From positions 272,490,001-272,554,000 of the forward strand of contig OZ024743.1 in NCBI GenBank assembly GCA_964016885.1: DNA of 64,000 bases, given 5' to 3'. The notes under the pieces were generated by a model that was not told where the DNA came from, ran no database searches, and was given only the letters and a program-made list of their open reading frames with translations. Below are positions 1 through 12,118 of this stretch, in pieces. A program made the position numbers and the translations under genes. The stretch is from Eledone cirrhosa (taxonomy: Eukaryota). The first letter of the stretch is position 1. Every line of letters starts with the position of its first letter.

Positions 1-254
1 TTCCACATAGTTATCATCTACCAAATTCCACACCCAATTCTAAAATATTAAGTCGACTAAAAGAAATTATAGACGAAATTTATCCAAAGTACTGCACGGT
101 GGGATCGAAATTGACCTCACATAATTCCCAAGCAAATTTGTTATTTACAAAGAGCTGTAGGGGCGCTGTAATGAAATACGACGTATCTGGGGCATTTTAA
201 GCCTGATTGGGCCCATCCTCTTTCCAGGTATTAACACAGCCTATATATAAAAAT

Positions 255-415
255 GTACCAGTCCGGTACTGGAGTTATTTCTTCCTCCATATTTCTTTAT
301 TTCTACCCTCGCCCACCCACCCCCTCTCTCTCTATATATATATAGAGAGAGAGATGTGATGGGGGAGAAATAAAGAAATATGGAGGAAGAAATGACTCCA
401 GTACCGGACTGGTAC
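255..415. repeat. Inverted duplication: about 50-bp arms 255-304 / 366-415 with a palindromic (CT)n(TA)n(GA)n tract in the spacer
   Basis: GTACCAGTCCGGTACTGGAGTTATTTCTTCCTCCATATTTCTTTATTTCT is reverse-complementary (1 mismatch) to 366-415; the right arm runs into a degenerate SINE. Confidence 0.9.
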
Positions 416-535
416 TTTTTTTATCGACATCGGAGGGATGAAAGGTGACCTCGGCACGATTTGAATTCAGATTTACGAATACCTCAAATCATTCTATCCG
501 ATGTTCTATCAATTCATGTTCGGCCAATTTATCAG
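400..535 (-). mobile_element. Degenerate copy of the main tRNA-derived SINE family
   Basis: CTGGTACTTTTTTTATCGAC..GGATGAAAGG..CCTCGGCACGATTTGAATTCAGA matches the reverse complement of the SINE core seen many times in the window. Confidence 0.7.
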
Positions 536-617
536 CTTCAATTTTATTAATACAGCGGACTCCAAACCCCACAGTGGTGCCTAGCTAGACAACAATAGCC
601 TGCGCATTGGCGTTTCC

Positions 618-1256
618 TTGAGGCTCGGCCTCCGGATCTGCAAGCCACACCAATGTCGCTGCGGATCCACCCTGGACTCTTTCGGCCTCCACGCGCTTTC
701 CTATCGCCACAGTGCCGGCCACCTTCCACGCCATGCTGCCCTCAACGAGATCATAAAGCATGGCTTGGACGCTGCGGTCTTCCCTTCCCAGCTCGAACGG
801 GTGCGGCTGGACCGAGAGGACAGCAAAAGGCCAGATGGCATGACCATCTTCCCGTTCCGCGGTTGCAAACCCCTTGTTTGGGATGCTACTTGCACCAACA
901 CTTTCTGTAGCCGCTACCTGGGGCAGTCTGCGACTAACCCAGGTTCTGATGCACGTCGGGCTGAGGAGGCCAAGCTCCTCAAATACCGGTCGCTCTCCGA
1001 CAGGTTTGCGGTTGTACCCTTGGCAGTGGAGACTTCTGGTGTCCTCGGCTTTAGGGCTACCTCCCTACTCACCACCATAGGTGCTGAGCTGGCCAGCCGC
1101 AGGTGTGAACCCCGCGAGTTGGAGTGGCTTTTCCAGCGCGTCTCCCTTACCGTCCTCCGGGGGAACGCCTTCTCCATCCTGTACGCCGAGGCTGTGTGTG
1201 TGTGTGTGGTGGTGTGTGCCTTTGTGTGTGTGTGTGTGGGGGGGGGCATCGCGTAA
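618..1256 (+). mobile_element. CRE-like non-LTR retrotransposon 3' fragment (zinc knuckle plus restriction-like endonuclease), ending in (TG)n
   Basis: ORF has CxCG..HAL, RH..LN, RPDG..WDATC, AE..K..KY, PLAVETSG and WLFQR..RGNA motifs typical of CRE-clade C-termini; GC-rich island; 5' truncated. Confidence 0.85.
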
Positions 1257-2944
1257 CATTCCATATTTAGGTATCTGTGTTCTCACATATAGACGCACGT
1301 CCTTTACCATAGTGTTGTGTCCCTAAACGAAGTTTATTTCCTTTAATAGTTCCAATGTAATTTGTCTGCAGTATGTATCCAATGAGATATGATTAAGATG
1401 TAGACGTTGTAATGTTTCCCAGACAGCAACAATGACAACACAAGAGTACAACAACAACAACAACAACAACAACACCATACAACTAGTTTCCTTTTTATTA
1501 TTGAAATAAAAGTGTTTTATTATAGACAACAAAATCAAAGTAAAAACAAACCCGCCCAAAACACCAACAACAAGGTAAGTCAAAGGCCTATATAACGATA
1601 AAAACAATATTTCAAAGTATATATATTTTGATAACTAAATAAACATTTTGCTTCTATCGTATAAAGTATTAAAACCAAATTTGTTTTGATCTTTGGTGAG
1701 AAATGGAAAATTATATTTCTTCATTTCAGAAGCCAAACATTTAATGTTTTAATTTAATTATATACAACACATTATTAAAGGAAATTAAACAACTATACTA
1801 GCGCTGTTTAAGAGGCCTCTTGGAAGAAAATGTGCAGAGTTGAAGAACGTTACATTGATTCAATATGATTTAATAAAACTATAGATGAGTTGAAAACTAC
1901 AATTGCTGGTAATGAGATAATGGGTATGGTGATTATTCATATGATGGTAATAATAATGCATTACTTTCAACAAATGATAATTTATATCTAATAGAAACGA
2001 AGAAATTATCCAAAGATCAATATCTGGAAATAAAGATATCCAGAACGTAAGATCTGAAAACAAACAATTCCTATAAGGTAACTCCCAAGACTCGATTAAT
2101 TGCAAATTTAATTCTTAACTTTGAATCACAGAAAACGAAATGATAAAGAAGCGCATATGGATCTCACTGTAAAGATGTTAATCCCCAAACATTTTCAATT
2201 AGAGTTTTAATAGTACAAGACAAGTCAACATAATATTTAAAACAACGCACTACATTTAATAAATTTAGTAGCATCAACGTTATCTAAAAGAAATACAAAA
2301 CAAATTTATCAAACACGAATCAACAAGAGAGACTTCACACGTTTACTTGACTTGTTCGAAATACCATTTACATCTCTCTCAAACCGTACACCACCGTCAT
2401 AAGAAAGAACAGTATAAAGTTATGATGAATGCAATCTTAACTATAATAAAGAAAGGAGTGCGGAACTGCGTCCAGCATATATTTCTTTATCCCGTTTATA
2501 AAATAAATTGGATTATTTTGAAATAAGGAATGAATATTACATAATTTATCTACTAAATTTCGTAACTCTTACTTAAATATATTTTATTGCTTATTTAAAG
2601 ATTCACTTCTTTAAACTTTTCAAATGTCAACACTTCCGGTTAGCGATCGCTTAAATAAATATTCATATATTTCTGTCACTAATTTTCTCCTAATGCAGTT
2701 TATATATAATATCGTCTTTTTTGAATGTATCATGGATTACGGTACTGATTACATAAGACAGTGTAACACAGTCTTCGTTCAATTTCTGTGTATATTGTCA
2801 CTTACGATGTTATTTGATGTATCATATCTACATGCATATATATTTACGTATAATATCAATATGCACACAACACATGCCAGCAGAAAAGCACCCGAAAGGT
2901 GGTTTTTCTGCTCATATGTCTTAAAGAAAAGTCTAAAGTCTAAA

Positions 2945-3110
2945 GTCTGTCTTGAGCCCTGAAGCTCAACAGGCCGGTGCTTATCTCGGTTTCCGCAGCA
3001 TGAAGCGACTAAGAGTACAAGACTCACCTCTGGGCAGGTTGCCAGTCCATCGCAGAGTTAAACCCTCAACTATTGCTATACTCATTTTCAGTTGAGTATA
3101 CTGGAGCATT
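2945..3110 (-). mobile_element. V-domain-like SINE fragment
   Basis: Reverse strand reads GCGATGGACTGGCAACCTGCCCAGAGG...GTCGCTTCATGCTGCGGAAACCGAGATAAGC, resembling the V-SINE central domain as recalled. Confidence 0.55.
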
Positions 3111-3133
3111 AAGGTTCATTTACTGTCGAGGAA

Positions 3134-3230
3134 GGTGGCCTAGTGGTTAGGGTGTTGGACTTACCATCATAATGTGGATTCGATTCTTGAACTGGGTTGT
3201 CTGTTGTGTTTTTGAGCAAATCTTCATTTC
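3134..3230 (+). mobile_element. tRNA-headed CORE-like SINE 5' fragment
   Basis: A box GGTGGCCTAGTGGTTAGG, B-box-like GGATTCGATTC, then TTGTGTTTTTGAGCAAA; related to the reverse complement of 45070-45180. Confidence 0.6.
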
Positions 3231-3765
3231 TTAAAGAAAAGTTAGAATGTGTCGCTTGATCATAAATCTGCTCAATCAGGACTTACCTGGGGATAAATAA
3301 CAACAACAGTATTAACTTTGCACGTCTATAATGGATTTTTCAGTGGACCACTTCAACTGCTAGAAATAGTAGTCAATTCTCTCTTAAATTTATTTGAAGA
3401 AAAACACAAAATGAGATGGCTTCGACTGGAATATCTTTAATCATCTCCTTGTTCACTGAATCAATACCAAGTGGGGTGGGGAATAAACAAGAACATAATG
3501 TATAATCTAACAACGAATTCAATTCGCTGCCGTTTGACCTCCTAGAAATAACAGCCAAATCTATCTCAAATCACATCCTACTATCTTGAATAAATGAGGC
3601 GTTAGACAAAGTGTTCGGAGTATACGTACAAAATGACAGTATACTCAAGGGTGAAACACTACTGGTCACCTGCTTAGTCAGGGCTGCACTTCAGCTAAAC
3701 AAAAACAACGTCAACAACGTTACATAACACAAACACACATTTTCATTGCTTAACCTCGGCGGGGT

Positions 3766-3883
3766 CTGAGTTCAAATCCCACCGAGGTTAACTTTGCCTT
3801 TCATCCTTACGGAGTCGATAAAATAAAGTACCAGTAACACACTGGAGAAATTGCTGGCCTTGTGCCAAAAGTAGAAACAATTA
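3766..3883 (+). mobile_element. Main SINE family, 5'-truncated copy
   Basis: TCTGAGTTCAAATCCCACCGAGGTTAACTTTGCCTTTCATCCTTACGGAGTCGATAAAATAAAGTACCAG...GGCCTTGTGCCAAAAGTAGAAAC. Confidence 0.9.
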
Positions 3884-4192
3884 TATTTTCTTTGCTTCCT
3901 CATATTTTCAAAACATAACGTTGTATGACGTCATAGAATGTCTTCAAAACATTCCGATTACATATGACAGTGAATTCACATTTTGGATATATCATTTATA
4001 AATTCAGAAAAAAATGTATCAAAATATACGGATATTTTTATTAATTGATTATATTCAAAATTAATATAATCAAAACCTTCTTATTCTTCTAATTATTTTC
4101 TATATTTTAATCGTTCTCTCATCGATTTTGTCTTTAGATATTAGTTTGTTTCTTTCACTCTATTTTTCGACGCGCGTGTGCACACGAACACA

Positions 4193-4559
<367 letters not shown>

Positions 4560-4572
4560 AATAAATAAATAA

Positions 4573-4619
<47 letters not shown>

Positions 4620-4641
4620 GAATTGGTGCTCTGAAATAGCG

Positions 4642-5037
4642 ATATATATATATGAATGTATATATAGTGTATTTTGCAATACACTGTATGCTTAATTAAA
4701 AGCATTTCGAAGACCTTACGCTATTGTTTTAGAGTAGTGACAGTCTCACTTACTTTACTTCTCTGCAAACAGGGGAGATAAAGCTGACAGAGCTCTGTTT
4801 CGCACGTTTTGGTGCTTATCAAAGCTAAGTACTCCGGCTGTTTGCTGAAAATCATGAATGTTTGATTCTTATAGAATTCTAGTAATAATCAGGTACTTTA
4901 TCTCCTCTGTTTGCCGAGAATTAAAGTAAGTGAGACTGTCACTACTCTAAAACAATAGCGTAAGGTCTTCGAAATGCTTTTAATTAAGCATACAGTGTAT
5001 TGCAAAATACACTATATATACATTCATATATATATAT
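4642..5037. repeat. Inverted duplication, about 140-bp arms (4642-4783 / 4896-5037), (TA)n on both sides
   Basis: Direct reverse-complement match with about 3 mismatches. Confidence 0.95.
4782..4826 (-). ncRNA. Type-I hammerhead ribozyme with U3-A8 variant core
   Basis: Minus strand: AGCT-TTGATAA-GCAC caaaac GTGC-GAAA-CAG agct CTG-TC-AGCT; all three stems pair, GUC cleavage triplet. Confidence 0.8.
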
Positions 5038-6125
5038 ATATATATATACATACATATATATATATATATAAATATGTATGTATGTATGTGTGTTTGTGTG
5101 TGTATACACCGTAAAGATACCCCACACAGACAAATACATCTTTATATCTTGAGTCAATTTGCTGGCAGCTCAGTTCCACGCCTTAAGCTGGTAATGCATT
5201 TATAATGCCAGTTTATTCGACGGAACAGATTCCGTTCTGCTGTTGTAACGCGTGTGAGACGATAACACAACAAAGCATAGACCAGAAAAGAATTATAGGT
5301 GCCTTTCAATCAAAGGGGATATATACGTAAAAATTTACAACTAAAATTGAATGGAAAAGAGATTGTGAAAGACGCCAGAAACAAGGAAAAGATGACTTTG
5401 TCGATGAAATATGGAGCGAAAGATATTAAGAGCGCTGCCTATCAGTGATACCGGCGTAAAGGCCAAATCAATGGTCTGACGATAGGAAATAGCAGCAGTA
5501 GCGAGCCAGAGACAGTGAGGAGAGCGTGTCATTTAACGTTTTGTGTAAAGTGTAGAAAATAGTGTATTACTTGAAAGATACCACAATGTGAACTGGAAGA
5601 TAAAAGTTAAAAATATAACAATAATTGTTTCTACTTTTGGCACAAGGCCAGCAATTATCCCAGTGCATTACTGATGTTTTATTTTATCGACCCCATAGGG
5701 ATGAAAAGGGTGTTAGCATGCCTTGCTCTTGTTATGCAGCAAAGCTACGTTACTTAGATTTCCCCATGCCTCAGACAAGGGAAAATAACTGGCAACAGAC
5801 AACTTGACTCGCTCAACTGAATGTCAATTCGAATGCCCTCCTCTCTCCAGGCGCTAACCTTTCATCGGAGGGAGTAGGTGTCCCTGAATCGGTTACGCAA
5901 AAATGTCGCCCAATTCAATGCAACCGGGCACCGCTGGAGTCTGTGTCCATCAGCAGTTTACCAGTGTGTCGCCAGTAAAGACTGCTCCCCGTAATTCCAC
6001 CCATCTGAGTATATGGACCTCATTTACCGTCATCAGGTTACAACATCTAAGGGAGTTCATATAATGGTAGCTGTCTCACACGCAAGAAGACACACATAGA
6101 CGCACACACACACACCCACACACAC

Positions 6126-6193
<68 letters not shown>

Positions 6194-6629
6194 ATATATA
6201 TAAGAGAGAAAAATAGAGAATGAAAGTAGAGTGATCTAGATACGTATATATTTACATACAAAGGTATTATATATAGTTAAGTTGTATATATGAAAAGTGG
6301 CATAAAAGATTTGATGAATATATTTTTGTATCTACCTATGTATATCTCAACATTTGTATCCAACTACTTTTTCAGTCATATGTATGATTTTCTCTTAGAA
6401 ATTCTTCGCAGAATTCAAACTGATTGACAACAAAGTGACAAGTCTCCGTTGTTTGAATCAATACAGGCGACGGGGTTTGTGAATATGTAAGTCTAAGTTA
6501 ATGTATGTAAATACGCGAGTGTAAATGTGTTTGGTTGTTATTTTTCTTTTTTGACTATTTGAAGAATCCATGCAGCGAAGACTGAGACGCGTCTTCTCCA
6601 GGAAGCTTGTACACTGCACATTGCACGTG

Positions 6630-6992
6630 AGTGGAGCTTCATTGAAGCAGGTGGAGAAATTTGGGGCCATGTTAACAAGGGATGGAAGGCAGGAGGCTGA
6701 ATTAATTGCAAGAATTTCAGGAGTTGGTGCAGTAATGCGCCCGATTCACCATTTGCTTATCAGAAGAAGGGAGGTAGGTGTAAAATCCAAACTCGCTGTC
6801 TTCAATTCGCTATTCGTGCCAACTCATGAATCTTAGATAATAACCGAAAGAATGCGATTGCGACTACAAGCGACCGAAATGGGGTTTCTCCGAAAGGTCT
6901 TTGGAGTAACTTTCTTCGCTAGAGCGCGTAGTTCGGAGATCAAAGAGACGCTCCAGGTAGAGCCGTTATTTGTTCGAATTGAGAAATTACAG
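6630..6992 (+). mobile_element. RTE-clade LINE fragment (region C-terminal to RT), decayed
   Basis: LKQVEKF..LTRDG..E...RI..KSKLAVFNSLFVPT.HES then RLQATEMGFLRKVFGVT..RSSEIKETLQVEP, with a stop in between. Confidence 0.75.
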
Positions 6993-7015
6993 AATAAGAA
7001 GAAGCTGAACTAATA

Positions 7016-7577
7016 CTAGTAGAGCAGCCCGTCGTTGCCGGGCAATTTTCACAACAGAATACCTTTCCATTTTGTCTTTTATTTCATGCCAGACTATTTT
7101 CCTTCCATGCCTCAACTCGCGTTACCTATTCCTCGAGCCCCATCCTCGTGAATGGTGAAACGTCTCCAAGGACGCTTTGGAACTGTATGTTGACGTGGTA
7201 TCAATGGCTTTTTGTGTACTTTTGAGTGAGCCCCTTCTCGTAAACATCGAGTGACCCCCGAGGTCACTCTCTTCCTCATTGTGAAAACAATACCCCCTGC
7301 TGACGACATGAATGGACTGAATAATAAGGTCACGTTGAAGGAATGCTTGAGAAAATTAATAAAACCCAGACTACTTAAATTGTCACAATAACGATGATTG
7401 ATTGTATTAGTATTTTCTACTTTATTTTAATTTTATTTTTTTTAGGAATTAAGAAACACCATGTACTCCACAACCTTCTCCTTGGGATGCAGATTTTGAA
7501 AATAAAATCCGTTTTTCTTTATGATGCACCGTTTTGGAGCTTTACATACACACATACACTCTCAAACATATAGTAGA
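7016..7577 (-). mobile_element. Non-autonomous Helitron-like element
   Basis: Minus strand begins A|TC at 7577 and ends CTAG|T at 7016, preceded by the GC hairpin GCCCGgcaacgaCGGGC; no TSD of its own. Confidence 0.7.
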
Positions 7578-7586
7578 TAATATAAT

Positions 7587-7733
7587 TGGTTCTACTTTAG
7601 GCACAAGGCCAGCAATTACCCAGTGCATTACTGGTACTTTATTTTATCGACCCCGTAAGGATGAAAGGCAAAGTCAACCTCGGCGGGATTTGAACTCAGA
7701 TCCGACCCTCTACCGATACAGCCAATCCACCGC
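7587..7733 (-). mobile_element. Main SINE family, internally deleted copy with 20-bp target-site duplication
   Basis: SINE core; CATATAGTAGATAATATAAT at 7567-7586 and 7734-7753. Confidence 0.9.
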
Positions 7734-7761
7734 CATATAGTAGATAATATAATATAATATA

Positions 7762-7942
7762 CTATGTCTCTACTTTTGACACTAGAGCAGCAATTATTAC
7801 AGTGCATTACTAGTGCTTTATTTTATCAGATGATAGGATGAAAGGCAAAGTTAATCTCGGCAGGATTTGAAATCAGACCGCAAAGGCCCGTAACTCTATG
7901 CTGCAAAGCATGACGTCCGACCCTCTACCGATAATGCCAATA
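7762..7942 (-). mobile_element. Main SINE family copy
   Basis: Reverse complement of the SINE consensus (GGATGAAAGGCAAAGTTAATCTCGGCAGGATTTGAA...CCCTCTACCGATA). Confidence 0.85.
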
Positions 7943-7944
7943 TG

Positions 7945-8140
7945 ATATATAATATAATATATTATAATATAATATAGTATATTATATAAAATATAGTATA
8001 GTATATAATATAATATATAATATATAATATAATATAACACAACATAACATAACATAACATAATATAATATAATATAACATAACATAAAATAACATAATAT
8101 AATATATAATATAATATAATATAATATAATATAATATTAC
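7945..8140. repeat. (ATAAT/ATAAC)n pentanucleotide microsatellite
   Basis: Visible 5-mer tandem array. Confidence 0.9.
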
Positions 8141-9561
8141 TCACGCATATATACATGTGTGTTAATATTTCAAACAAAGCACTTCAATTTTCCTATCAAT
8201 CATGGGTTAATCTAATTCCCCTTTGATAATTCCATATCTTTATTACTATTATATGTCAAATCAGAGAATTGGTGTAAGTTTGAAACCTTTAAGTAAAATG
8301 ACCACATGAGACATTATTAAATAATTATCTTTAATGAAACGACTCTCACTAATATATAATTATATACTAATTGCCTTTTCCTTAGTCGCTTTTGTTGTGT
8401 GAAATATAATGGATTAATTCATATTTATACATTCAAAGACATGATCAATCCAAACCAGTTTTCTTTTTGTAACAGTTCTGGTGTTACCAAATGTGTAGAA
8501 TGGAATAAACCAGCGATCTTCATGATAATTTAATGTTTTTTGTTTGTTTCTAAATCAAGCGGTTTTGATGTCAGCCATTGCTAACCTTACATAATTGATG
8601 TCATGTGTAGATAATTGTTATGATCCAAGGTTAAAATGAGAATAAAAGGCTGATATTTTATTGATGGATTACGAATATCAGTTGCAAGTCAGTCATTTAA
8701 ATAACTGTAAAGATATTCTACAAATCCAATACTAATTTCTCTACGTATTTCTGTTTGATTCATTTCATATTTGTCGAGGTAGCAACGAAATTTGAGCTAA
8801 TTGCTCGAATTAAAATTTCAGTTTAAACTAAAACTCGCTCCAGTTTTGTTGGAGATATAATATAATAATCAACCGTAACAACTTATTAGCGATTTTGTAT
8901 GTAAGTACCTGTTATATCGACATTAGAATTTGGAATCACTTATAAAAGCATTACGACTCAGAACATTATAAAAGCAGTATAGTATGTATGGCAATAAGGA
9001 AGCATGAAAGAAACAGAAGAAAAGAATAAGAAAAAACTAATGTATTTAGAGAGTTAGGAAATCGTGACTTAGAGTCAGAGTAGCTATAGTGTGGTGTTAC
9101 TGAAACCGGTGGAAAGAGATGAATATTGAATAGAGTGGATTCTACATCTTCGCTGAGAGGATCTTGAAGAGTGAAGTTAGAGTAAAAAGTGTGACCTCGA
9201 CAGCAGATATGGAAACTGATAAGGATTCACAGAACCCTCTCTCGGGGAGGAATGAATTGCTTAGTTTGCGTATAAGTAGGAGGTGATGTTTGAGACATAT
9301 TTTAGATCGAACCCCAAAGATTTTAGAGAAAAAGAATATCAATGGATTTAGCATCCAAGGAAATGTAGAGATTGTCAATGTTCAATGATATCACGAAAAT
9401 GCCTGCTAGCAGCTTGGTCCTAGTACTTGCAAAAGCGCAAAATATGCTAAAGGCAACCAGGATAATGCTAGCATGTGATTTATGGCCCTTTATGGGGCAT
9501 CAATTGATAAGGTATATGTTGGGAAGGGGAAATTATTTCTACGTTCCAACTCTATTTCATT

Positions 9562-9748
9562 GTGGATTGGCAGTATCGGTAGAGGCTCGGACGCCATGCT
9601 TTGACACATGGAGTTACGGCCTTGCCATTCTGAGTTCAAATCCCGCCAAGGTTAACTTTGCCTGTCATCCTTACGGGGCCGATAAAATAAAGTACCAGTA
9701 ATGCACTGGGTAATTGCTGGCCTTGTGACAAAAAGTAGAAACAATTAT
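9562..9748 (+). mobile_element. Main SINE family, near full length
   Basis: GTGGATTGGCAGTATCGGTAGAG (A box), GAGTTCAAATCCC (B box), central CATCCTTACGGGGCCGATAAAATAAAGTACCAG. Confidence 0.92.
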
Positions 9749-10731
9749 TTCTTCTTCGATAAGTCAACAATGGGACTGACCGAAATTTATAAAGTCTTAG
9801 AATGAACATGTTCTATTTCGTAAACTTTTGTCAGCTCAAACTACCGCATGTTTATTCGTCTTAATGGCTTAGAGCGGGATGTGCGGTGTCTATTTCAACG
9901 TTTTCATTTTTGATAGTTATGGAGAGAGTAATCCTCAAACGGGAAACAAGGCTCAAATGATTAAAACAAAATAGACTCACAGAAAAGCATCAAAGAGCCA
10001 AATGGTTTATGTTTAAATAGATGATAGGCTACAATTACAAAAATGTCTCAAGATATATTAAAAACATACAAAAACTGAAACAAATCTGGGTTATTGGAGG
10101 TGTATGTATGTTAGGAGATTTAAGTCACAATTTAGTAATGTTCTATAATTGAGCAGTAATGTTAGTTGTATTTCTTGTTGTAGAATAGCACTATCAGCTC
10201 TACTCGAGCAAATCCATGGCAGATGTACAGATGATTGTGTCCCCCCCATTTCCCTGTATTTGCAGAAATAGACATTGTCATTCTATTAAGAAAACAAAAC
10301 CTGTGTGCAAAGAATTTCATATTGTGCATCACGTTAAAAATATGATTCGGCATCGTTTCATTTCATTCAAGAGAATTCAGCATTTCCATCAACCTGTTTT
10401 ACTATGAAAAAAAAACGTATATAAGCTTTTTAACAATGTTTACATATACTCTCATAACCGACTATTTATATTTATCATCAATTAAAGCATCACACTACAT
10501 GTTTTTAATGTCCTTAGAAAAGGTAAGAAGGTAGTAATTTTTTCCCACTCTAGAAGCTAACAAGACAGTGGAAAGAAATAACGTTAACATTTTTAATACA
10601 CATACGTCATACATAAGATGTGATGTTATATAAAATTACAATAAGTACTTAAGCATGTCCACGTTCTCTAATGTTACAGTCAAAATCAAATATACTAATC
10701 GTACAGATGTCTCCAAAACGAATTCAACGCA

Positions 10732-12084
10732 TTATTGTGATGTTAACTTAGCTGCAGAAATCGGTTTATAAAGTAGATGTCCTGATTCTGACATTCTGTC
10801 GAATTGTAATGGTGCATCTTTCGTTCCCAAAAACGGGACCGGGCATACAACTGGCTCTTTGTATGTGTATTCGGCTCTATACATTGTCCCGTCGTCAAAT
10901 GGTTCAGTTCCTGTCTTTAATGTATCTTCCGGTCGGAAACCACTTCTGTTCTGTAGGGGAAATTGCACATAATCTGCTTTGTTTGATGAAATACAAGTAA
11001 AAGGCACATCACTGCTTATATATTTACACTCCCTTTTTATGGGGCCGCGTGTTATTTCCCATGGTGTATAATCTGTTTTGTAAATAGTAGTCCCAGAAAA
11101 TACATTGGGAAATAGTCTTACAGTCTTTGGTCGGAAGCTCTGGGTGCGCATCAGCGGCATTTTGCGATAAGCATGATTGTGACTTGTGACAAAGTCGATT
11201 TTAGTTTCAGGTACTTTGTACTTCGGGTTCTCACGGAATTTTGGTCTGATTGTGGGCCATTCTAGATAATCGTCTCTGAATGTAGTTCTTCCATCAAAGG
11301 GTATTGCACTTTGAATAGCAATTTTATTAGGAGCATAGTTTTTGGGACGGCACGTTTCCTTTCCTTGGTAATCTCGCATGGTAACAGTCAGTGAATCTAT
11401 TGGGACATCAGGTTTCTTGTATTTATTACTTTCTCTTTTGTACACTGGAGGTAATGGATGTTCAACGTAAATATCACGATAATTTGTCAAAGTAGTAAGT
11501 GGATCCTTTAACTTCACAGGAGGTATGGGTCTATAACTGATCGCAGGTTTTCCGTCCCTATATATATAATCTTTCATCACAGTTGTTTCGCCAGCCATTT
11601 TCTCCGTTGGTTTTTGCCACGGCTCAGATTTGCTTTTACGCCGAGGGATGAGATCCCATTCCTTATAATCTGATTTATAAGTCGGAACACCTATGAATTT
11701 CCCGCTTGGAATCGGTTGACTAACTTGCCTTATCAGAGCTGAAGGTTGAACATCTTTTGGTGTATAATCTTTTGTGTAGGAAGTAAGATGTGATAGAACT
11801 CCAGGAGGTTTTTCCCAAGGTTTATGGATGTGTCTCCAGGGTTTTTCCATGAAATGAGGCTGGAAATCAATATTATGGATAGTTTTGTGATCCATGTTTC
11901 CTTCGGGCAAAGGAGTAGGTTTTGGTTTGAAAGACTTAACTCGATCTGGTTCATGTTCGGTATATTGTGTCGCGTACTCCGTTATGTTGCCTAGCAAATT
12001 CCCAGCGCACGGGAAAATACATGACCTTATCTTACAGTGATGCTTTCCACAAGTACATATATTACAAATACATTGTGAACGCAT
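10732..12084 (-). CDS. SAXO1: Stabilizer of axonemal microtubules (SAXO1/2, FAM154-like), 450 aa, single coding exon
   Basis: Intact ORF from ATG at 12084; N-terminal CICNICTCGKHHC, about 12 repeats of T..(K/R).D(Y/F)..W/H Mn-type motifs, C-terminal CP..GH..Y; SAXO1 versus SAXO2 orthology cannot be resolved by eye. Confidence 0.9.
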   Translation of the reverse strand: MRSQCICNICTCGKHHCKIRSCIFPCAGNLLGNITEYATQYTEHEPDRVKSFKPKPTPLPEGNMDHKTIHNIDFQPHFMEKPWRHIHKPWEKPPGVLSHLTSYTKDYTPKDVQPSALIRQVSQPIPSGKFIGVPTYKSDYKEWDLIPRRKSKSEPWQKPTEKMAGETTVMKDYIYRDGKPAISYRPIPPVKLKDPLTTLTNYRDIYVEHPLPPVYKRESNKYKKPDVPIDSLTVTMRDYQGKETCRPKNYAPNKIAIQSAIPFDGRTTFRDDYLEWPTIRPKFRENPKYKVPETKIDFVTSHNHAYRKMPLMRTQSFRPKTVRLFPNVFSGTTIYKTDYTPWEITRGPIKRECKYISSDVPFTCISSNKADYVQFPLQNRSGFRPEDTLKTGTEPFDDGTMYRAEYTYKEPVVCPVPFLGTKDAPLQFDRMSESGHLLYKPISAAKLTSQ

Positions 12085-12100
12085 TTTTTTATAATATAAA

Positions 12101-12118
12101 CTGCAAAGAGTCAATATA
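12101..12118 (-). promoter_or_regulatory. Putative splice acceptor of a 5'-UTR intron of the SAXO-like gene
   Basis: Minus strand TATATTGACTCTTTGCAG|TTTATATTATAAAAAAATG, 16 nt upstream of the ATG. Confidence 0.5.

Noticed and set aside
4960-4998. GAAA-TGCTT-loop-AAGCA-TA resembling a hammerhead 3' half
   Set aside because: No CUGANGA or UUGANAA core and no matching stem I upstream
9142-9378. Possible APE endonuclease remnant (FSKIFGVRSK..HHLL)
   Set aside because: Similarity too weak to support without a search
12085-12114. ORF-track start for the SAXO-like gene
   Set aside because: TTG start lying across a likely splice acceptor; the ATG at 12084 fits the family N-terminus
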